Virus record (IMG/VR): IMGVR_UViG_3300035670_000522
Coordinates: 1 to 40,647 of that record
DNA length: 40,647 nt
Reading direction: 5' to 3' (one strand)
DNA from: a virus
Taxonomy: Duplodnaviria; Caudoviricetes
In this document: positions 8,365-16,913 of the stretch, one piece after another
How positions within the stretch are numbered: the first letter of the stretch is position 1
How the letters are laid out: each line of letters begins with the position of its first letter
Notes under the pieces: generated by a model
The model's input: only the letters and a program-made list of their open reading frames with translations
Databases searched by the model: none
Told to the model about the DNA's origin: nothing
Position numbers and translations under genes: made by a program

Positions 8365-8464
8365 CCTTCACAACGATAACCAGGATTGCCCACGGCAGAA
8401 TCGCAAGCGGGAGCCATGCGAGCTTGAATAAACGGGAGGGGATATGGCGGGCGCGGCGGGTCAT
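8348..8464 (-). CDS. 38-aa single-TM peptide
   Basis: MTRRARHIPSRLFKLAWLPLAILPWAILVIVVKDAFSE; GGAGG RBS and ATGA overlap with the cro-like gene. Confidence 0.5.
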   Translation of the reverse strand: MTRRARHIPSRLFKLAWLPLAILPWAILVIVVKDAFSE

Positions 8465-8667
8465 GCCTCCACCCCCAACAACGTAGCCGCGCGGACCTTG
8501 CCGCCTGTGGCCAGTTCAATTCTTCGCGCCGTGTCTGGCAGGATGGCATGATCGCCGCTTCGAAGCCTCCACAGCGTTGCTCGGCTGATGCCAAGCGCCT
8601 TTGCCTGAGCAGACGGGCCGCGCCGGTCCTGCTCGCACCATTCGTCTAATGTCATGCGTTTCTTCAT
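8461..8667 (-). CDS. cro: Cro/YdaS-like HTH transcriptional regulator
   Basis: AQAKALGISRATLWRL...ARRIELATGGKV; first gene of the leftward operon. Confidence 0.8.
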   Translation of the reverse strand: MKKRMTLDEWCEQDRRGPSAQAKALGISRATLWRLRSGDHAILPDTARRIELATGGKVRAATLLGVEA

Positions 8668-8766
8668 GGCGACACCCTAACACAAAGATTGTTTCCCGCA
8701 AGACACATTTTGGGGTTGCAAGCGTGAAACAGGTGTGGCAATGTCCTCTCACACAAGGAGAGACAC
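8668..8766. promoter_or_regulatory. Divergent early promoter region
   Basis: Rightward TTGCAA(8716)-N17-CAATGT. Leftward TTGCGG(8701)-N16-TAGGGT with +1 about at the cro ATG. Inverted GAAACA boxes at 8690-8695 and 8726-8731. Confidence 0.55.
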
Positions 8767-9054
8767 ATGCCCCTCAACGCCTTCCACGAATCCGACAGCG
8801 CCAACTCCTACGCATGGGGCCAGCGCCTCGCCAATGCGATTGAGCTTGCTCTGTTCGCAGCGGGCCAAGTCCGCAAGCTGAGCGCAACAGACGCCTGCGC
8901 TATTGCAGAGGCGATCATTGAACACGGCGCGGGTGCGGATGCGTTCGCTGACGGCGCATCGCTCTATGCTGGGGCGCTGGATGGCTCGCCTCTCTACAGC
9001 GCGGCCAATGCGGAAATGATCAAGCAGCGCTCGGCGCAGCGGGTGGCGGCATGA
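8767..9054 (+). CDS. Hypothetical early protein
   Basis: AAGGAG RBS; first gene of the rightward operon. Confidence 0.7.
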   Translation: MPLNAFHESDSANSYAWGQRLANAIELALFAAGQVRKLSATDACAIAEAIIEHGAGADAFADGASLYAGALDGSPLYSAANAEMIKQRSAQRVAA

Positions 9055-9314
9055 GCAACGTTGATCTTATCGAACGCCTTGAGCGCATCCTTCCCGGCTT
9101 GCAGAACAGCAGTTCGTCTGCCGAAGATGCCATGATCCGCGCGCTGCCGGAAGTCGTCACTGCATTGAAACGCGCAAACGACATGCTGGAAGCCATGGAG
9201 CAAATATCGCGCCTCGAAACTGACCCGTCGATGAATGACATCACGCGCATTTCGATGATGGCGATGATTGCCCGTTTGCACGTCTACGTTTCTAGCAAAG
9301 CGGAGGCAGTGTGA
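9051..9314 (+). CDS. Hypothetical protein
   Basis: ATGA-coupled ORF. Confidence 0.6.
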   Translation: MSNVDLIERLERILPGLQNSSSSAEDAMIRALPEVVTALKRANDMLEAMEQISRLETDPSMNDITRISMMAMIARLHVYVSSKAEAV

Positions 9315-10045
9315 TGACCCGCGTTGAGCAGATCGGAGACGCCACTTTGTATCTGGCCGATTGCCTGACCGTGCTTCCAAAACTGGAGCTGGCAAGCGCC
9401 GTAGTTACGGACCCCCCGTATGGGATGAACTTTAACACCGATAGCAGAAGGTTTACCCGCGGTGTTAGCGGCATTCGAAAAGGCGAGGGGCGCGCAGATC
9501 GTTCAATCGCAGGCGACAATAAACCTTTTGATCCAAGCCCATTGCTTCAATGGCAAGAAGTCATTCTGTGGGGCGCAAATCACTATGCTCAACTGCTGCC
9601 CACTGGCAGCACACTTGTTTGGCTGAAAAAGTATCAAGAACAATACGGATCATTTCTGTCGGACGCCGAGATTGGCTGGAAACGAGGCGGTTGCGGCGTC
9701 TACTGTCTGCACGCCCCGGACAGTCCAGCGCGGCGACGCAATGAGTTTAACGGCCAATGCGATGGCACTGCTCATCCTGCTCAAAAACCAATTGCCCTTA
9801 TGCGCTGGTGCGTCGAGCAGGTCAAAGGCGAGACAATCCTTGATCCATATATGGGCAGCGGCACCACAGGTGTAGCCGCTATCCAACTTGGTCGGAAGTT
9901 CATCGGCATAGAGATTGACCCCGGTTACTTCGACATCGCCTGCAAGCGTATTTCCGAGGCATGGGCGCAGCCAAGGCTATTTGATGCGTCCAAAAAAGCG
10001 CCGGAAACTCCCCCGTCTTTGTTTGAAATGGACCAGACCCCATGA
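9311..10045 (+). CDS. Orphan DNA methyltransferase (N6-adenine/N4-cytosine, beta class)
   Basis: Catalytic TDPPY near the N-terminus; HPAQKP; SAM-binding LDPYMGSGTTG; FIGIEID. Confidence 0.9.
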   Translation: MMTRVEQIGDATLYLADCLTVLPKLELASAVVTDPPYGMNFNTDSRRFTRGVSGIRKGEGRADRSIAGDNKPFDPSPLLQWQEVILWGANHYAQLLPTGSTLVWLKKYQEQYGSFLSDAEIGWKRGGCGVYCLHAPDSPARRRNEFNGQCDGTAHPAQKPIALMRWCVEQVKGETILDPYMGSGTTGVAAIQLGRKFIGIEIDPGYFDIACKRISEAWAQPRLFDASKKAPETPPSLFEMDQTP

Positions 10046-10437
10046 GCAACAATAATGACTCCGAACTTTTGAAGAAAATCGACTGGTGCGCGCGCGAAGG
10101 GTTAAACGCGTTTGAGACGCTTTCCTTTGAGGATGCTTCGGAAATATCGCGGTCGGCGCTGAAAGACATTTTAGCTATTCTGGCGCTCCGCGAGAGCGAA
10201 CCGCAGGCGTATGCGCACGGTCTGGGGCCTGTGGGGGAAATGCGCGTCCACACCGCTCTGAAAGGCGGTGGCATGACCCGCATTGTGACCACCTACGTCA
10301 ACCCACCAATCCCGATCCGCACTTCCGACTGGTGCGCCTGCATCGACGGCCAAGAGGAAGACGGCCCGTATGGATGGGGCGCGACCGAGGCCGACGCCAT
10401 CGCAGACCTGAAGGAAAAGCTGGAGGACGCAGCATGA
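10042..10437 (+). CDS. Hypothetical protein with a C-terminal HicB-like motif
   Basis: C-terminal GWGATEADAIADL; possible internal start at 10273. Confidence 0.5.
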   Translation: MSNNNDSELLKKIDWCAREGLNAFETLSFEDASEISRSALKDILAILALRESEPQAYAHGLGPVGEMRVHTALKGGGMTRIVTTYVNPPIPIRTSDWCACIDGQEEDGPYGWGATEADAIADLKEKLEDAA

Positions 10438-10658
10438 TCCGCCAAATCTCCCACGCCATCGACCAAATCGAAGCCCGCCTCGCAGCCGCAGAAGCTCCGT
10501 ACAAGGCGGAGGAACGCGAAATCGAAGCGCAGATCGAAACGCTGAAAGCCCGTCTTCGTGCGGTGTTCGAGGCGCGCTGCGAAGTCGCCAAGCCGTTCGA
10601 GATCGAACTTGATGCTCTCTACGAGCAGGAAAACAAACTTACAGAGGAGGCCGCGTGA
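10434..10658 (+). CDS. Coiled-coil hypothetical protein
   Basis: GGAGG RBS and ATGA overlap; MIRQISHAIDQIEARL... Confidence 0.6.
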   Translation: MIRQISHAIDQIEARLAAAEAPYKAEEREIEAQIETLKARLRAVFEARCEVAKPFEIELDALYEQENKLTEEAA

Positions 10659-11452
10659 TGGCTGATGGACAAGCTGCTGCCAAGATCAAACCGACCGGGC
10701 TGGACCTGTTGCGTGAGCCGTTTCCGCCAAACCAAATCTCCAAGCTGCCAAAGGAAAGCCGGGCGCAGATCGATGAGCGCAAAGCCGACCGAAGCAAAGT
10801 GGTTTGGAACTGCGACGTGTGCGGCGGGACGCATCACAAGAACGCGGTTCACCTCGATTATGTTGGCCACGCAGCGCTGACGGATCGCCTTCTTGATTGC
10901 GATCCTAACTGGACGTGGGAGCCGTTCGCCGTGTCTGCTGACGGACTGCCGCTGATGGATCGCAATGGCGGTCTGTGGATCAGGCTAACCGTGTGCGGAG
11001 TGACCCGCAACGGGTACGGCGACGCCGATGGCAAGACGGGCGGCAACGCTGTCAAAGAGGCTATCGGAGACGCGCTCCGCAATGCCGCCATGCGCTTCGG
11101 TGCAGCTCTGGACCTCTGGCACAAAGGCGACCTTCACGCAGAGCCGGAGGCCGCTGAGGCAGACGAACCGAAGCAAGAGACGCTTGCAGCCGAACAGCCA
11201 AAAGCTCAGCGCGCCACGAAGGCCAACAGCCGCGAACTGTTCGCTACCCTTCAGAAGGGCCTGCGTGCCTGCAAATCCGTCCGCGAGCTGAAGGCGTGGG
11301 GTCACGCTTTCGCAGACGACATCAAGAAGATGGACAAGTCCTTCGCTGATGAAATCCGGGCCGAATACAAGGCCGAACTGGACGCAATGACCGCCCACGA
11401 AGAATCCGAACGCGAACTTGAATCTGCCAACTACGAAAGGTCACAATTCTGA
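10655..11452 (+). CDS. Rad52-like single-strand annealing recombinase (Sak family)
   Basis: LREPFP...LDYVGHA...RLLDCDPNW...LTVCGVTR.GYG...KEAIGDALRNAAMRFGAALDLW. Confidence 0.8.
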   Translation: MMADGQAAAKIKPTGLDLLREPFPPNQISKLPKESRAQIDERKADRSKVVWNCDVCGGTHHKNAVHLDYVGHAALTDRLLDCDPNWTWEPFAVSADGLPLMDRNGGLWIRLTVCGVTRNGYGDADGKTGGNAVKEAIGDALRNAAMRFGAALDLWHKGDLHAEPEAAEADEPKQETLAAEQPKAQRATKANSRELFATLQKGLRACKSVRELKAWGHAFADDIKKMDKSFADEIRAEYKAELDAMTAHEESERELESANYERSQF

Positions 11453-12138
11453 TGGACACGCTGCATAACAATCCCCCCTCGCCCGTCGAACTGTTCGCGG
11501 ATGAAATCGCCAGCCTCAAGGAGCGCATTGCAGCGTTCCCGCCTATCACCGAGGCCAACGCTGGCGAGGCCCGCGACCTGATCGGGCTGGCAAAGAAACT
11601 GGCAAAGGACATCAACGCCAAGCGCGACGAGGAAAAGCGCCCGCACCTAGAGGCAGGCCGTCAGATCGATGCGGCTTACAAGCCCCTGGTTGACGCTGCC
11701 AACGCTGCGCCTGCGCCCCTCTCGAATGCCCTCCTTGCCCACATCAACGAACAGAAGCGCCTCGCCGCTGAAGCCGCTGAGAAGGCCCGCCGTATGGCAG
11801 AGGAAGAAGCCCGGCGCGCTGCTGAACTGGCAGATGATCCGATCCTTGGCGAAGACATGGCGGACGCTGCCAAGCTGGCTGGGCAGAAGGCTGAAGTTGC
11901 CGCCGCATCGGTCAAGACGGTTGCGACCGTGAAGGGCTCTGAGGGCTTCCGGGCGGCAGGGGTTCGCAAGTCCTACAAGGCCGAAGTCTACAACTGGGAA
12001 GCGCTGGTGAAATACTACGCCGATCACGCTGACGTGCGGGCGGCGGCTGAGAAGGTCGCAAACGCTATGATCCGTGCTCACAAAGGACAGGTCGCAATCC
12101 CCGGCGTGAACGTCATCGAAGTGGAAAGCCTCGTCTAA
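11452..12138 (+). CDS. Ala-rich coiled-coil protein of the recombination module
   Basis: KRPHLEAGRQIDA motif and C-terminal IPGV; lies between the recombinase and ninB. Confidence 0.6.
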   Translation: MDTLHNNPPSPVELFADEIASLKERIAAFPPITEANAGEARDLIGLAKKLAKDINAKRDEEKRPHLEAGRQIDAAYKPLVDAANAAPAPLSNALLAHINEQKRLAAEAAEKARRMAEEEARRAAELADDPILGEDMADAAKLAGQKAEVAAASVKTVATVKGSEGFRAAGVRKSYKAEVYNWEALVKYYADHADVRAAAEKVANAMIRAHKGQVAIPGVNVIEVESLV

Positions 12139-12533
12139 TGTCCCGCTACGAGTTCGTCATCCACAAAGGCAACCGGGAGACGCTGGCTGAGAAGCTGCTG
12201 GCGCTCCCTACGGGATGGCGGGTGGAGTTCAAGGAAGCAAAGCGAACCGTGCCGCAGAACGATCGTTTTTGGGCGATGCTCACGGCCATCAGCACGCAGC
12301 TTGTTTGGTACGGCAAACGTCTGACGCCAGAAGATTGGAAGCTGATTTTTATGGCCGCACTAAATGAAGAACTCAGAATTGTCCCGAACATATACGGGGA
12401 TGGTTTTGTGCAGCTAGGGCGGTCGTCGTCAAAGCTGTCAAAAGACGAGATGTCGGATCTGATGGAATTGATCGAGGCATTTGCCGCTGAGCGCGGTGTG
12501 GATCTGAAGGAGCCGGCCGATGGAGAAGCGTAA
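12138..12533 (+). CDS. ninB: NinB/Orf recombination mediator
   Basis: KRTVPQNDRFWAML..IS.Q..WYG.RL..EDWK...GRSSSKLSK.EMSDLME.I.AF.AERGV. Confidence 0.9.
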   Translation: MSRYEFVIHKGNRETLAEKLLALPTGWRVEFKEAKRTVPQNDRFWAMLTAISTQLVWYGKRLTPEDWKLIFMAALNEELRIVPNIYGDGFVQLGRSSSKLSKDEMSDLMELIEAFAAERGVDLKEPADGEA

Positions 12534-12885
12534 GCCCCTCACCAGAGCCCAGATCGCAGAGATAACCCTACGCCAGCTAGGCAAGTGCGCCCGCTGTTCT
12601 GAGCGCCTGGATTTCGCAACCAAAGGCGCCGTGATTGATGAGCATCTTCATCCGTTGGCAGACGGCGGCACAAACGAGACAAGCAATCGGGCCTTCTATT
12701 GCAAGCCCTGTGCAAAGCCTAAGACTGCCAGGGAAGCCCGTGACAGGGGAAAGTCCAAGCGGATCGCAGAGGGCCGTACACAGGCAGACCGCAGAGCCCA
12801 GCGCGGGCCGACGATCAAGTCGCGGGGGTTCGACAAGACATGGAAACGCCGCATGGATGGAACAGTGGAGAGGGTAAGCAAGTGA
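12520..12885 (+). CDS. HNH endonuclease
   Basis: CARC...DEHLHPLADGGTNETSN...CKPC; terminal His appears replaced by Ala. Confidence 0.75.
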   Translation: MEKRKPLTRAQIAEITLRQLGKCARCSERLDFATKGAVIDEHLHPLADGGTNETSNRAFYCKPCAKPKTAREARDRGKSKRIAEGRTQADRRAQRGPTIKSRGFDKTWKRRMDGTVERVSK

Positions 12886-13043
12886 TGCACATCGAACAAC
12901 GCGGCGAGACGCAGCGCCTGGAATCCGTGCTGCGCGAACTGAAGCCGATAGAGGCGCGCTGTGTGCCGATGTCAAACGAGTGCCTGCGGGCGATTGAGAG
13001 AGCGAAGGAACGGCCCTCGGGCCAGAAGGAGGAGAGAGAATGA
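12885..13043 (+). CDS. Hypothetical protein
   Basis: Short coupled ORF in the early operon. Confidence 0.4.
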   Translation: MHIEQRGETQRLESVLRELKPIEARCVPMSNECLRAIERAKERPSGQKEERE

Positions 13044-13231
13044 GCGATGAAATTGATCTTGATGAATGGCCAAACTGCGCTGTGGACGGCTGCGAGTACA
13101 AGTGCTGCCTCGCGCTTGAAAGCCCTTATTGCTACGCACACACGCCGGGAAGCGAATACGTCAAAAGCACAAAGATTGATGCGCGTCACTCTCGTTATGC
13201 TTTCCCCGCCCGCCAGGAGCCGACGCCATGA
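13040..13231 (+). CDS. Small Cys-rich (possible Zn-finger) protein
   Basis: CAVDGC...CYAH; GGAG RBS. Confidence 0.55.
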   Translation: MSDEIDLDEWPNCAVDGCEYKCCLALESPYCYAHTPGSEYVKSTKIDARHSRYAFPARQEPTP

Positions 13232-13614
13232 CGAACGAGAAGCTGGACGAACTGGAAGCGCTGATCGAAGACGCTGCCGATCTCGGCTTCATGGACGGCA
13301 ACGACATGGAGCGCTGGATTCGAAGCGTGAGAGGCGCGCTGCCTGAGCTGGTGGCTATGGGGAGGAAGGTGGCGGAGTTGGGACAACGAGTGCTGGAATT
13401 GGAGGCTCGTGAAATCGCTGTGCATGATCGGGCCTATGCCTACGGCTTCCGCGCTGGCTGGAACGAGGGCGTTCAATACGAACAATGCCAGGAAGTGAAG
13501 TTTGAACGCAAAGCATCGGGCGACCCTGAATCGCATCTTCGGACGCTTGCGTCGATGGACGATCGAATTGCATCCGCCCGCGCCGCCCTGCAAACGAAAG
13601 GAACCCCAACATGA
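13228..13614 (+). CDS. Hypothetical protein (Ead/Ea22-like early accessory)
   Basis: EKLDELEAL...ALPELV...coiled coil; ATGA-coupled. Confidence 0.55.
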   Translation: MTNEKLDELEALIEDAADLGFMDGNDMERWIRSVRGALPELVAMGRKVAELGQRVLELEAREIAVHDRAYAYGFRAGWNEGVQYEQCQEVKFERKASGDPESHLRTLASMDDRIASARAALQTKGTPT

Positions 13615-14165
13615 CAGACACGATGAGCCAGGTGCGCGACCTGACGGAAGCGGAAAAGCTGGCAACGAGCGGTTATCCAGACATCGGACAGATGAACGCT
13701 TACTACTATTCGTTTGAGCCAACCGGAGTGCCCGCAATTGATGCAATTCTCGGCGCAGTTGGATCGGCCGGCAAGGGGTTTCATCACACGGAAAGCTGGT
13801 CTGATGAAATCCCCGGCTGGGACTTTTCATACATCGACCGCATTCAAGGCGCAGCACTTCTGGCCGCCAAGGAGTTCGCCGCCCTCTCCCACCCCGCCCC
13901 GGACGTTCCGGGGGCGGAGGAGGTGGAAGCTATCAGGACATGGGTCGCTTCCAATGAAAAGCGGTTTGAGACGTGGCATCACGATGTTGGCGATGGCGAG
14001 GTGGCGTTTGATTTTTGCGTGACCTTGCTGGCCGAACTAGACGCCGCAAAATCAAGAATTGAGGACTATCGTTTTGCGCTTCGCGTATTGTCGGATGGCA
14101 GCCCCGTCAATGACGCCGGAGCTGCATGGGCTCGGTCAATTGCGCGTGGAGCATTGAATGACTGA
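13611..14165 (+). CDS. Hypothetical protein
   Basis: AYYYSFEPTGVPAIDAIL.AV..AGK.FHHTE.W segment looks like a conserved phage domain. Confidence 0.6.
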   Translation: MTDTMSQVRDLTEAEKLATSGYPDIGQMNAYYYSFEPTGVPAIDAILGAVGSAGKGFHHTESWSDEIPGWDFSYIDRIQGAALLAAKEFAALSHPAPDVPGAEEVEAIRTWVASNEKRFETWHHDVGDGEVAFDFCVTLLAELDAAKSRIEDYRFALRVLSDGSPVNDAGAAWARSIARGALND

Positions 14166-14538
14166 CGAACTGGAACAGATCAGGGCGCGGCATGAGGCAT
14201 ACGATTACAACAACGATGCCGAGTGGTCCAGAATGGAACAGGGCGCTTTTGCCCACACCGACCGCGCCACGCTCCTAGCTTTGCTAGACGCCGCCCGTGC
14301 GGAGCTGGCGGAAGAACGTGCGCAGAAAAAGCTGATTGCCGACGCGCATGACTATCGGTGCAAAGAGCTTGCGGAAGTCTCTGGCAAGCTGGCGGAGGTG
14401 AGGGAGGCGGCGGGGCCATGGCTGATGTGGGCGAACGATCTGGACGATGACAGGCCAGATGACGAGCCTGTTTCAAGCCTCATTAGTGCCGGTGAATATC
14501 GCCGCCTCGCCGCAGCACTGAAAGGATCAGAAGGATGA
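14158..14538 (+). CDS. Hypothetical protein (Ead/Ea22-like)
   Basis: DELEQIRARHE...AHTDRATLLALLD plus coiled coil. Confidence 0.6.
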   Translation: MTDELEQIRARHEAYDYNNDAEWSRMEQGAFAHTDRATLLALLDAARAELAEERAQKKLIADAHDYRCKELAEVSGKLAEVREAAGPWLMWANDLDDDRPDDEPVSSLISAGEYRRLAAALKGSEG

Positions 14539-14840
14539 GCACGAAACAGAGCGCGATTGAGGCGGCGGAACTCGCTTGGGCCGAACACGAGCGCAATGGT
14601 TTTTGCATGTCTAAAGACGGCAAACGCAGATTGCGCGCCGCCATCCTCGCCTGGTTGGAGGCCATCGCTGAGGATGGAGGGCGGGATGCTCCGGGGCTGG
14701 TAGAGCAATGCATGAAAGCCGTGCTGAAAAGCTGGAAGCACGCTGGCGTGACATGCTCGCCCGATCTGGAGGCCTCAGAGCTTGCATCCCGCGCCGTCCT
14801 CTCTGTTCTCCTCTCCCGCGCGAAGGAGCAGCAGGGATGA
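14535..14840 (+). CDS. Hypothetical protein
   Basis: ATGA-coupled ORF. Confidence 0.55.
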   Translation: MSTKQSAIEAAELAWAEHERNGFCMSKDGKRRLRAAILAWLEAIAEDGGRDAPGLVEQCMKAVLKSWKHAGVTCSPDLEASELASRAVLSVLLSRAKEQQG

Positions 14841-15025
14841 GCGACGATGATCCTTACGACTACCTTGATGACGAGGATGATGAGCCGGACAATTTCGGCT
14901 TTGAGTGCCCTGCCTTTTGGGTAGGCGATGAAAGCACAGGTGGCTGGTATTGCCCGATGCAAGGCAGTGAAGATTGCGACTGGGACTGCCCCGGACCCCC
15001 CGACCCCCTCGGAGACGGGCCATGA
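14837..15025 (+). CDS. Small acidic Cys-rich protein
   Basis: MSDDDPYDYLDDEDDE...C...CPMQGSEDCDWDCP. Confidence 0.6.
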   Translation: MSDDDPYDYLDDEDDEPDNFGFECPAFWVGDESTGGWYCPMQGSEDCDWDCPGPPDPLGDGP

Positions 15026-15029
15026 CCCA

Positions 15030-15415
15030 GCTTCTCACGATCAGGCATAGGTCCGCTTCCGCGTACTCCCCCGCCAGTCTGGGCGGACGCGTTTGGGGAG
15101 GCTGCTTTCAATCCGGTATACCCGCGCTGCCGTTTATCGGTGGCCAGCCGCTCCCCCCGAGACTAACTCGCGTGGGTTCGTTTGGCGCGGTTGTCCCTCA
15201 GCCCACAGCAGGCTTTCGGGCGGTCGGAAGTCCCTTTCGGGCAAAGTTCCCGCCGGAGGTCCGCTTTTTTGTGGCCGGTAATGCGGTAACCGTGGGAAAC
15301 ACATCAAAACTGGTGTTGCGACCGGAACCGAAGCAGGGCATATAAGCCATGCAGACTGCTGGATGGTCACGCATCCAATCGAGGCCGGGACTGTTTCCGC
15401 AGACCGGCCTCAACC
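15030..15415. ncRNA. Candidate structured non-coding RNA; strand uncertain
   Basis: Dense hairpins and a long-range helix 15102-15117/15321-15336; the overlapping ORF is not protein-like. Confidence 0.3.
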
Positions 15416-15540
15416 TTTTCTGGCTTGGTTTTCCGCTTGCGTCAATTCCCCCCTCTGAAAGCCTCTTGTCACCCTATCAGCTTCAACGCTTCGTTAGGAT
15501 GTCTGTGCCATTCTGATCCTGCCAACTACAGGAGAACAAC

Positions 15541-15705
15541 ATGGACCTTACAGCATACCTAGAACGCCAGCGGAAAGCAAAGCTGGTGGCAGCGATCAAG
15601 ACGGCGGCACGCCTGATCCAGGATTGCCCCGATCCGCAGAAGCAATGGCGGGCGATGCATGAATTGCGGAAGCTGCAAATCCGGCTGAACTACCCCACTC
15701 TGTAA
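15541..15705 (+). CDS. 54-aa hypothetical protein
   Basis: AGGAG RBS; MDLTAYLERQRKAKLVAAIK...; followed by a GC-rich inverted repeat. Confidence 0.6.
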   Translation: MDLTAYLERQRKAKLVAAIKTAARLIQDCPDPQKQWRAMHELRKLQIRLNYPTL

Positions 15706-15789
15706 GCAAAGACGCCCGCCCACTACGGCCAAAAGCCAGATGCGGGCGGGCGCTCGGCTGCTCGGGGCTGATCGAGCTGCAAGAGTGGA

Positions 15790-15996
15790 TTAGCGCGGGG
15801 GTGTGTCAGGATTGGGGCGATAGGACGCCGTTGTGCCGAAGGTGACCAGTTCATATCGCATTCGCTGAAACTCAGGTTCCGCGGCAGCTAAAATACGGTC
15901 AGACAGGGATTGCGCCCATGCTTCTAATTCTCTGGCCTGCTCCGGCGTCAATGCAGGGTCTTCGTCGTAGACCACGATGCCGACTTGCTTCTTCAT
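15790..15996 (-). CDS. Hypothetical protein
   Basis: GAGG RBS; ATGA overlap with the RHH gene. Confidence 0.55.
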   Translation of the reverse strand: MKKQVGIVVYDEDPALTPEQARELEAWAQSLSDRILAAAEPEFQRMRYELVTFGTTASYRPNPDTPPR

Positions 15997-16184
15997 CTTG
16001 TGTTCCTCTTGATCCAGTCGAGAACCTGATCTTGCGTCAGGTCGTTGCGCCTTTCCAGTGCGTCCAGAGCGGCCATCAGAAGGCCCTCTGCTGACATCTT
16101 GCGGGCCTTGGCGAGCGAGCGGAATCGGGCCTGATTTTCAGGCGTCATCCGTATCTGCGTTTGCAGTTTCTTGTGCGTATCCAT
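15993..16184 (-). CDS. Ribbon-helix-helix (Arc/CopG-like) regulator
   Basis: LQTQIRM-TPENQARFRSLAKARKMS-AEGLLMAAL follows a beta-alpha-alpha pattern; likely start ATG 16184. Confidence 0.65.
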   Translation of the reverse strand: MDTHKKLQTQIRMTPENQARFRSLAKARKMSAEGLLMAALDALERRNDLTQDQVLDWIKRNTR

Positions 16185-16242
16185 GTGGGTATCAATAAAT
16201 GATACCAAGACGGTTGACAAGTGGGTATCGCGCGGGTATCTT
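16185..16242. promoter_or_regulatory. Overlapping divergent sigma70 promoters with GGTATC operator repeats
   Basis: Rightward TTGACA(16214)-N17-TATCTT; leftward TTGTCA-N17-TATTGA; four GGTATC/GATACC boxes. Confidence 0.7.
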
Positions 16243-16280
16243 TAGGCTATCCCATAAGGGACCAGCCAAGGAAACTCCCC

Positions 16281-16862
16281 ATGACCAAGAAATCGACCCT
16301 CCCCACTATCGCCCCGCGCTTCCACGAAGGCGAGATTATCACCGGCGCCGTCACGGTTGTTCTGTGTGCCATCTCTGCCCTCGCATTGTCCTACCACGTT
16401 TTCGACAAGGCCCCGGCTGACATGCCTGACGCCATTGTCTACGCCTTCACTGCCCTCTCCGGCCTCTTTGCTTTCGGAATGGGCCTTGTCCCCATGATGC
16501 TCGCCCGGGCGCATGGCACGGCAATGGAAGGCGGTCTGGCTCAATCCGGCCTGACCTTCGTGGTGTTCCTGTTCATCGTTGTGGACATGGCGCTTCAAAT
16601 CCACGCCATGCACTACATCATGAAACTGATGGAAGTCACCGTCCCGGCCCTCTGGCAGCTTGTCGCCATCTCGGCAGCATTTCAGATCGCCGCGTTCATG
16701 GTTCGGGGTTCGCTCTACGCCGCAACCCGCGAAATCCAGGAACTCATCGACGCCCGCGCCCATGAAGCTGAACTGGCCGCAGTCTATGCCAAGGAAGCCC
16801 TGAACGCCAAGCGCCGCGAGAACTACGCCGAAAAGAAAGGCAACGTGGTCAACATGCGCTGA
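16281..16862 (+). CDS. Four-TM inner-membrane protein with C-terminal coiled coil (moron)
   Basis: AAGGA RBS before ATG 16281; four hydrophobic segments; own promoter and terminator. Confidence 0.75.
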   Translation: MTKKSTLPTIAPRFHEGEIITGAVTVVLCAISALALSYHVFDKAPADMPDAIVYAFTALSGLFAFGMGLVPMMLARAHGTAMEGGLAQSGLTFVVFLFIVVDMALQIHAMHYIMKLMEVTVPALWQLVAISAAFQIAAFMVRGSLYAATREIQELIDARAHEAELAAVYAKEALNAKRRENYAEKKGNVVNMR

Positions 16863-16868
16863 CTGAGA

Positions 16869-16901
16869 GCCCTGCCGGAGAAATCTGGCGGGGCTTTTTT
16901 T
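16869..16901 (+). terminator. Rho-independent terminator
   Basis: GCCCTGCCGGA-GAAA-TCTGGCGGGGC followed by T7. Confidence 0.85.
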
Positions 16902-16913
16902 ATGGAGAGTGAT

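Noticed and set aside
9311-10045. Restriction-modification system
   Set aside because: No adjacent restriction endonuclease; orphan methyltransferases are common in phage early regions
15022-15345. 107-aa CDS coupled to the upstream gene by ATGA
   Set aside because: Atypical composition and heavy base-pairing potential; cannot be excluded, but not called
15030-15415. tRNA, tmRNA, SRP or hammerhead ribozyme
   Set aside because: No T-loop/CCA cloverleaf, SRP domain IV or CUGANGA core recognised on either strand
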